In this document: positions 58,097 to 64,000 of the stretch, one piece after another
How positions within the stretch are numbered: position 1 is the stretch's first letter
Layout of the letters: every line of letters starts with the position of its first letter
Virus record (IMG/VR): IMGVR_UViG_3300030330_006525
Coordinates: 121,579-185,578 of that record
Origin: a virus
Lineage: Duplodnaviria > Caudoviricetes
Reading direction: 5' to 3' (one strand)
DNA: 64,000 nt
The notes under the pieces: generated by a model
The model's database searches: none
What the model was told of the DNA's origin: nothing
The model's input: only the letters and a program-made list of their open reading frames with translations
Made by a program: the position numbers and the translations under genes

Positions 58097-58961
58097 TCAA
58101 AAAACCCCTATACCTTGCTATACCCTTTTTTAGGTCAAGAAAATTATTGTTGTATTTTCCAACTTCTCTAAGAAGATTTAGGTCTGCGCATGTATACTTT
58201 TGATACTTATCTCTCAAGTATTCTGGCATTTCTATTTCCTGTATTTTAAATTTAAGTTCTTGTTGCATAATATTTGCAATATCAGAAAAGCTTTTTGCGG
58301 TTCCTGTGCCGCAATTAAATATTCCAGAGATTTTTTTGTTTTCCATGAAATGTAAATTAACAGAAATAACATCATCTACATGTATAAAGTCTCTTTTATA
58401 GTTTTCGCTATTTTTAAATAATTGTATTTTATTTTTTAAATCTGATTGTTTTTTAAATTGATATATAACAGATGCCATATTTCCTTTATCTTGTTCACCT
58501 GGACCGTAAACATTAAAATATCTCAACCCAACAACCTGTGTGTTAACACCTTCACGCAAATAGGCTCTTACGTACTCATCAAATAGATGCTTTGATGTTG
58601 CATAAATATTTATTGGATTACTGTTATTTTCCGAGAATGGGCCATGGCCATAGATAGCTGCAGATGATGCATATATTAATCTTATATTATGCTTCAGACA
58701 ATATTTAAATAATTTAACAGAATAGTCAAAATTTCTCTCCATCATGAAACTAGTATTATAACACATTGTGTCTGTACAAGCTCCTTGATGAAATATCGTG
58801 TCTATAGATTTGGCAAACTCAACATTGTTCAATCTATCTAAAAAATCGTAAGGGTCAACGTAATCATCTTTAAAATCAACTTTAATAATTTCATATTTAT
58901 TTTTTAGGGATTCATATAGGTTTGAACCTATAAATCCTCCTGCCCCGGTGATGACTATCAT
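58086..58961 (-). CDS. hldD: ADP-L-glycero-D-manno-heptose 6-epimerase
   Basis: MIVITGAGGFIGSNL, FHQGACTDT, YASSAAIYG, YATSK, GLRYFNVYGPGEQDKGNMASV, KYQKYTCAD. Confidence 0.9.
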   Translation of the reverse strand: MIVITGAGGFIGSNLYESLKNKYEIIKVDFKDDYVDPYDFLDRLNNVEFAKSIDTIFHQGACTDTMCYNTSFMMERNFDYSVKLFKYCLKHNIRLIYASSAAIYGHGPFSENNSNPINIYATSKHLFDEYVRAYLREGVNTQVVGLRYFNVYGPGEQDKGNMASVIYQFKKQSDLKNKIQLFKNSENYKRDFIHVDDVISVNLHFMENKKISGIFNCGTGTAKSFSDIANIMQQELKFKIQEIEMPEYLRDKYQKYTCADLNLLREVGKYNNNFLDLKKGIARYRGFLSGK

Positions 58962-59800
58962 TTTTTATTTTCCAGTATTGTGTTTTCGAAAAGTAATAAT
59001 GCATTATAAACCTTTTCAGAAATTTTTTCAATTAGTTCATCACCAGATAAATGAAACCAGTCCTCATAGCTAGCGCCTAATAATCTTTTCTTAGTTATAA
59101 CTTTGCAATTTAACATTTTGGCTTCAACGACCAACCTACAAAGTGATTCTAAAACACCAGGAAAGAAAACTAAAGTTTCATACTGTGATAATATTTTTAA
59201 AAATTGTTTTGAGTCCGGTGCAGATATAAGATCAAAATCCATTTGCTTGCTGGTACAAAACTGTTTAGCCATCGGTGTATTTTTTATTGGATTGTTTGAA
59301 TTAACAATGGCAACTTTATTGTTCTTAGTTTTATCTAAATCTTTTATATATTGTAACGAAGATGGGTGCCACAAGCTTGTACCTATAGAAACACAATTAT
59401 TTAATTTTGCACTTTCTTCTAGAATCTTAACTTGTATAGAACTAAGACAAATAACTTTTTTTGCAGATTTATAAAATGATAAATTTATTAAATTTTGCTC
59501 TGGAATTTTAAAATCTTTAAACTTTGAAGGGTCGCGAGTAGAAACGTATTTATGGTCATGCTCATATATTAAGTAAGGTTTATTATTAATAATAAAGTCT
59601 CTATTATTAGAATCCAAGCCTATAAAATTAGATATTATTATATAGTCTAATTCTTGCAGTTTTTGAATTGTACAATTTTGGCTAGCTATTTTAATTAAAT
59701 CAAATTTTCTACTTAGATATGTGATGAGAACTTCATCATTTAATTCTGCTCCACCGGTAAGCTGTGAAGAGAAAAAGTCAGATATAAAACCTACCTTCAT
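58958..59800 (-). CDS. GT-B fold (GT4-like) glycosyltransferase
   Basis: GGAE N-terminal motif, YEHD, ESLCRLVVEAKMLNC (ExxxxxxxE donor motif). Confidence 0.7.
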   Translation of the reverse strand: MKVGFISDFFSSQLTGGAELNDEVLITYLSRKFDLIKIASQNCTIQKLQELDYIIISNFIGLDSNNRDFIINNKPYLIYEHDHKYVSTRDPSKFKDFKIPEQNLINLSFYKSAKKVICLSSIQVKILEESAKLNNCVSIGTSLWHPSSLQYIKDLDKTKNNKVAIVNSNNPIKNTPMAKQFCTSKQMDFDLISAPDSKQFLKILSQYETLVFFPGVLESLCRLVVEAKMLNCKVITKKRLLGASYEDWFHLSGDELIEKISEKVYNALLLFENTILENKK

Positions 59801-61080
59801 AAAATCTCAATCTTCTCTAATTCCTCTAGCCATTCTTTATCATCTTCAGAAATTGTCATACCTGGAATTGATAAAATATAATCAACGAATTGGGCTTGCA
59901 TCGCCTCGTCTGTAAACTTGGAAACATTTGCTTTCTTTAGCTTTTTAGCCCTCGATAAAGCAGGGCCATAGTTTTTATATAATTCTCTTAAAGAATCTTT
60001 ATATGACTGCTCTTCAGGGAAGCACCACTTTGAACCCTTTGGTATGACGCCTTCCCAAATTGCATTGTCTTGGACATCTCCCATTTTATAATCTATTTTT
60101 GTAAAGAGTGGCCGCACTTTTTCTTGAGTTTTACCTTTTCTGGTTGTCTTGACATTTGCATACAAAAAGTCCTTGTGACCGCTCCAATCAGGAGCAACAA
60201 CAGGAAGACCTGCACAACTAGCTTCAAAAAGAGAAAGCCCAAAACCCTCACCGTGAGTAGCTGTTACAAGTGCTTTAATCTTGTCATGATGATATAGTGC
60301 AGATAATTGTTCATCTGTTAAATCACCATGAAGCAAATAGATTTTACACTTTTTATCTCCTAAACTCTCAACCAAGCTAGTAATATTTTGTCTTGTTATA
60401 TGAAAATCGGGAGTTGAACAGTTCATTGAAAATATTTTTAAAACCATTCCAACGTTTTCGTTTCTAAATTCTTCTACAAACCATTTAACGGTATTCTCTA
60501 TATTTTTTCGCGGACCCCACTGGCTAATGACAAGAAAATTAAAATCTGTATCAAAATCAACATTAAAATTTTTATCTGGCTTAGCTAGACGATTAGGATA
60601 ATTAATGTACTCTACTGGAGTGTGGTTTTTAATTTCTCTAGTTTCTCCGCTTTTCATTTCAAGTTTATATCCTGTACCTTCGTAGATATCTTTTGAATGT
60701 TTAGATACAACTAAAATCTTATCCATCAATGAACTTTTTTGAATCCATTCAGGTGCAATTCTATCTGTCTCTATACCAGCAGTATAGCCAATATTTATTG
60801 GAGCAATTTTTTCAAATTCATTAGGAATAGTAACTTGTATTGACGCATCAAATTGACGCTCAGTTTCAGGTAAAGAAAATGTTTTGATTAACAATTGGTC
60901 AAACATTTTTCTTTCTTCATTATCTTCCCAAATCCACCCAGTTTGTCCCCATGGGATGTTAAAGGCATATACATCAAATATGTCTTGCCTAGAAAGCAAA
61001 GACCTAAGAGCAAATCTTGCTTGTTCACCATAACCAGAACGACTCATCATTGGGCCTTTTAAAATAATTTTTTTCTTCAT
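59797..61080 (-). CDS. GT4-family glycosyltransferase
   Basis: SGYGEQAR, RKNIE, HGEGFGLSLFEASCAGLPVVAPDWSGH. Start at MKKK (61080, ATGA overlap). Confidence 0.88.
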   Translation of the reverse strand: MKKKIILKGPMMSRSGYGEQARFALRSLLSRQDIFDVYAFNIPWGQTGWIWEDNEERKMFDQLLIKTFSLPETERQFDASIQVTIPNEFEKIAPINIGYTAGIETDRIAPEWIQKSSLMDKILVVSKHSKDIYEGTGYKLEMKSGETREIKNHTPVEYINYPNRLAKPDKNFNVDFDTDFNFLVISQWGPRKNIENTVKWFVEEFRNENVGMVLKIFSMNCSTPDFHITRQNITSLVESLGDKKCKIYLLHGDLTDEQLSALYHHDKIKALVTATHGEGFGLSLFEASCAGLPVVAPDWSGHKDFLYANVKTTRKGKTQEKVRPLFTKIDYKMGDVQDNAIWEGVIPKGSKWCFPEEQSYKDSLRELYKNYGPALSRAKKLKKANVSKFTDEAMQAQFVDYILSIPGMTISEDDKEWLEELEKIEIL

Positions 61081-62336
61081 ATCGCTGCTAATCTCCAATT
61101 TGTATACTCTTTTCTATTTTCCCAACTACCAAAATCTTCATGTGTTTTCAGCATCAAATTAACCCAATTTTCCTTAAAAGAGTTAAAATTATAGTTTTTA
61201 AGCACATGAGCACGGCCTTGTTGGCCAAGCTTCTTTCTACCTTCGGTGCCGGCGTTATATAATTCCCTCATAGCTTCAAGAAAATCTTCTTTGCAAATCC
61301 TGTCTTCGTAAATCCATGGAACTTGTTGAGAACCTATTATAGCTTTTGAAGATGGCTGTATTCCTTGACCAAACCAATTTTCTCCATCTGTTACTTGTTC
61401 TTGTAAACCACCAGTCATAGTAACTACAATAGGTGTGCCACAGCTAAGACTTTCTAGTGTTGCTAGTCCAAAACCCTCTGCATCAGATATATTAACAGTT
61501 AAATCTGCAGCTGCATACAGTCTGGCTAACATCTCAGGTGGTAATTTTTGTACAGACAAAGTAACTTGACCGTCTTTGAGGCCTAATTCGTTTAATATTG
61601 AATATAGGTCTTGACCATGAGGGTCACCCGGGTCTGTGTGCATAATTAATTTTGCTTTATCATGACCAATTTCATCAATAAATTCTTTGAACCAATAGAT
61701 TAAGCTACCAGATTGCTTTCTTCTTGCATTTCTATTATTCCAGAATACAACCATTGTATCATCATTATCAACCTCAAATGCTTGATTTCTGAAGCTTTTT
61801 CTATCTAAATCAGTCATAGGGGCAAAAATCTTGTCATCAACAGCATGTGGTATGTAATTAGAACGGACATCTGGAACTAGATTTTTTACTATATCATATG
61901 TCACTTTTGATATTGCTACTATGTTATCATTCGCAGCATACCATTTAGTATTAAAACTAGGATATGGATAATTATCCCAGACATGGTAGTAAATCATTGG
62001 AATATGTGCTCTAATTTCATTATCGAATGTCCACAACCATTCATAGAAACGAGGGTCGGTCATAAACCATAACATGTCAATTTTTTCATTTCTAATAATA
62101 GACCTGATTAATTCAGGAGTTCCGTAATCATCTACTGGATAGATTATCCAATCATCTCCATAATCACCCACCTTAATTGGCTCATAGTTTACATGCTTCA
62201 TAGCTCCACCTAGGCTTATGATTTTAAACTTTCCACTTTCCAGCAAAGCTTGCATAACATACTTTGTTTGTGTACCTACCCCACTAGGAGATAAAGGGTG
62301 GTCACTAAGAGTTAATATTTTTATTTTTTCATCCAT
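61077..62336 (-). CDS. GT4-family glycosyltransferase
   Basis: SGVGTQ, IPHAVD, NRNARRK, AEGFGLATLESLSCGTPIV..TGGL. Confidence 0.9.
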   Translation of the reverse strand: MDEKIKILTLSDHPLSPSGVGTQTKYVMQALLESGKFKIISLGGAMKHVNYEPIKVGDYGDDWIIYPVDDYGTPELIRSIIRNEKIDMLWFMTDPRFYEWLWTFDNEIRAHIPMIYYHVWDNYPYPSFNTKWYAANDNIVAISKVTYDIVKNLVPDVRSNYIPHAVDDKIFAPMTDLDRKSFRNQAFEVDNDDTMVVFWNNRNARRKQSGSLIYWFKEFIDEIGHDKAKLIMHTDPGDPHGQDLYSILNELGLKDGQVTLSVQKLPPEMLARLYAAADLTVNISDAEGFGLATLESLSCGTPIVVTMTGGLQEQVTDGENWFGQGIQPSSKAIIGSQQVPWIYEDRICKEDFLEAMRELYNAGTEGRKKLGQQGRAHVLKNYNFNSFKENWVNLMLKTHEDFGSWENRKEYTNWRLAAI

Positions 62337-63099
62337 TGCAATGTACCTTATATAAATGACAGCGGTTGCATGCTGTCTTGTTCTTGATATATCTATTGCT
62401 GTTGATATTCTTTACAGCAGTCTCTAAAAGAGTAAGAGAGTTTTTTATGCGGCGTTCTGCATTAGTTACCCTTAAAACTTCTACTCTATCTTTTTTCGCA
62501 GTCCTCTTTAAAAGAATAAAATAAGTTTCGATGTTTTTTAAGTCAATATTGTGTTTTTTAGCAAAATAATTCTTATAAAAACTAAGTTGATAGGCTAGCA
62601 TTTTATCCGTCTTTTTCTTCATATCCCAACCCCAAGAGCAAGTTTTCCAGTCAATAACATGATATTTGCCATCAGGTGTCTTGATAACCAAGTCAATAAA
62701 GCCTTTAAATTTTAAATTATTTGAATCAAATTCATCAATATTTTCATATAAAGCTTCCTCAACAGATATTAATTCAAACTCAGGAAATTTCTTCTTTAGA
62801 GCTGGTAATATTTCAGGACATAAGGCTTTACCTTGTTCCATAAATTGGTTTACGATTTTTTCTTCAATATTGCCAATTTTTTCAACCTCTTTTTTGAAGC
62901 TCTCAACAAATACTTCTTCTAAATTTATATTTGAGTCTTTGACACCCTCCTCGCACGCCTTATGGATAGCTGTTCCAAATGCTAAATATTGATTTGCTAG
63001 AAAGTGATCGACTTTATCAATATAAATTAACTTATGCTTATAAGTACACTCTTTCCAAGTTCTTAGCTCAGAGTAGCTTATCTTCTCTTTTGTTGGCAA
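62329..63099 (-). CDS. PD-(D/E)xK nuclease, Cas4/AddB-like with predicted Fe-S staple
   Basis: ISYS..C, FGTAIH, EE, KGFIDLV, VIDWKT, QLSFY, and C-terminal CxxC..C (ACNRCHLYKVHC). Confidence 0.85.
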   Translation of the reverse strand: MPTKEKISYSELRTWKECTYKHKLIYIDKVDHFLANQYLAFGTAIHKACEEGVKDSNINLEEVFVESFKKEVEKIGNIEEKIVNQFMEQGKALCPEILPALKKKFPEFELISVEEALYENIDEFDSNNLKFKGFIDLVIKTPDGKYHVIDWKTCSWGWDMKKKTDKMLAYQLSFYKNYFAKKHNIDLKNIETYFILLKRTAKKDRVEVLRVTNAERRIKNSLTLLETAVKNINSNRYIKNKTACNRCHLYKVHCNG

Positions 63100-63101
63100 A
63101 A

Positions 63102-63482
63102 TTATTCCTTTTCAGATATTTTATTTGTTATTTTTTTAACTCTATCGCGGATAGACGGTCTTGGCTCTTCTTCTATTTCGATTTCTTCATCGACTTCTTC
63201 AATGGCAGGTTCTTTAATTTTAGCGCGGCGGTTTCTGGTTTTTCTGGTTGCTTTTGGCTTATCAAAAACAAAAGTTCCGCTTAGTTCACCGGTACCATAG
63301 TTTGATATTACTAAACCAAAAGTATCAACAGTTGGAACTAAAAGGCGATGTCCTTGTTCTTTTAACGCATTTTCAGCATCTATAAAAGAGTAAGATATTT
63401 TTTTATCTTTAGCATATTGTCTTTTTGGTAAAACAACCTCTATTATATATTGAGTTTTAGTTTCTTTAATCTCTACGTTCAT
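63102..63482 (-). CDS. Hypothetical protein
   Basis: 126 aa with a basic then acidic C-terminal tail. Confidence 0.6.
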   Translation of the reverse strand: MNVEIKETKTQYIIEVVLPKRQYAKDKKISYSFIDAENALKEQGHRLLVPTVDTFGLVISNYGTGELSGTFVFDKPKATRKTRNRRAKIKEPAIEEVDEEIEIEEEPRPSIRDRVKKITNKISEKE

Positions 63483-63491
63483 AATACTATA

Positions 63492-64000
63492 TTATAATAA
63501 TTCCTCAATCTTTTCAAGTAAAATCGGACTTATTTCTGATAGTTTTTTAATATCTTTATGAAAAAAATAAGCCTCAAACCCGTTAGCAAAGTACTCTGAT
63601 AAAGAAGTTGCACCGTATGGGCTGTAGAATAAATCACTTGTTAAATTCCTGAGAAATGAATATGTTACCTCCTTGTATAAAAATTCATCAAATTTAATGT
63701 CATATTCAACTTTATCAAAAGAATAATCCTCAACGTTGAAACCCTCAGAGCCCAAAAGATTATAAAGTTTTTCTCTTTTTTTCAAAAATTCCCTTTGCAA
63801 AGTTAAATCTGAATATATCAATTGATTGTGAACTTCTTCGACAGCATGAGCAACTTCGTGTATTAAATCGTCTGTCATATCATTTTCTGACTTTTGGTCG
63901 TTACCTAAAAATATCATCCCATTGGAATATGAAGCGTCTAAAGAACGACTATTCAAATGCTCAAAATCGCCAATATATATTGTATCAATATACTGAAGCA
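63492..64000 (-). CDS. Partial zincin-like metallopeptidase (5' end outside the window)
   Basis: LIHEVAHAVE (HExxH) and SLSEYFANGF (third-ligand Glu). The frame stays open from 63956 to the window edge (LQYIDTIYIGDFEHL). Confidence 0.7.
   Translation of the reverse strand, partial: LQYIDTIYIGDFEHLNSRSLDASYSNGMIFLGNDQKSENDMTDDLIHEVAHAVEEVHNQLIYSDLTLQREFLKKREKLYNLLGSEGFNVEDYSFDKVEYDIKFDEFLYKEVTYSFLRNLTSDLFYSPYGATSLSEYFANGFEAYFFHKDIKKLSEISPILLEKIEELL

Noticed and set aside
48241-62336. Bacterial O-antigen/LPS operon (host contig or prophage boundary)
   Set aside because: No flippase, polymerase or ABC exporter. Same strand, compact overlaps and streamlined genes continue into phage genes on both sides. 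Chimerism cannot be fully excluded without reads.
62329-63099. CRISPR-Cas locus suggested by the Cas4-like gene
   Set aside because: No repeat-spacer array or other cas genes, and no intergenic space for an array.
2548-63284. All plus-strand ORFs in the track (e.g. 40605..41081, 44843..45229, 59103..59474) and short alternative-frame minus ORFs
   Set aside because: They lie within long minus-strand genes and have no recognisable motifs. They are antisense shadows of codon bias.
63483-63518. Sigma70 promoter TTGAAA-N15-TATAAT upstream of the 126-aa gene
   Set aside because: Spacer is only 15 nt and the region is very AT-rich; too weak to call as a feature.
1-64000. Alternative genetic code, tRNA/rRNA genes, intrinsic terminators
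   Set aside because: Multi-kb ORFs are uninterrupted in code 11. Gaps are under 100 nt, with no cloverleaf or GC-rich hairpin plus U-tract seen.

Overview
A gene-dense, AT-rich (roughly mid-30s % GC by eye) segment of what is almost certainly a large contractile-tailed (T4-like/jumbo myovirus-type) phage genome. All 39 credible CDSs lie on the minus strand, and many are coupled by ATGA/TAATG overlaps. Read in transcription direction (right to left) it contains: a zincin-like peptidase (partial) and a Cas4/AddB-like Fe-S nuclease; a ~14 kb glycan locus (GT4-, GT9-, GT8- and CgeB-like transferases, an ADP-heptose pathway, and an RmlA + NDP-hexose 2,3-dehydratase + 3-ketoreductase + aminotransferase deoxysugar pathway with two methyltransferases); a gp55-like late sigma factor; and ~46 kb of baseplate/tail genes. 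The tail genes include an M23 peptidase plus spike, a 3320-aa protein, gp25- and gp6-like wedges, a 5829-aa gp7-like protein with nested LamG/reelin-like/FG-GAP domains, and paralogous distal proteins. The best candidate for an undescribed system is phage-encoded virion O-glycosylation: a subset of structural proteins is strongly enriched in an [S/T]-G-S (more loosely [S/T]-[G/A/S]-S) motif, and the genome carries its own rare-sugar pathways and transferases. No tRNA, rRNA, CRISPR array or IS element was seen. Family assignments come from motif recognition by eye, not database searches, and counts are hand counts.
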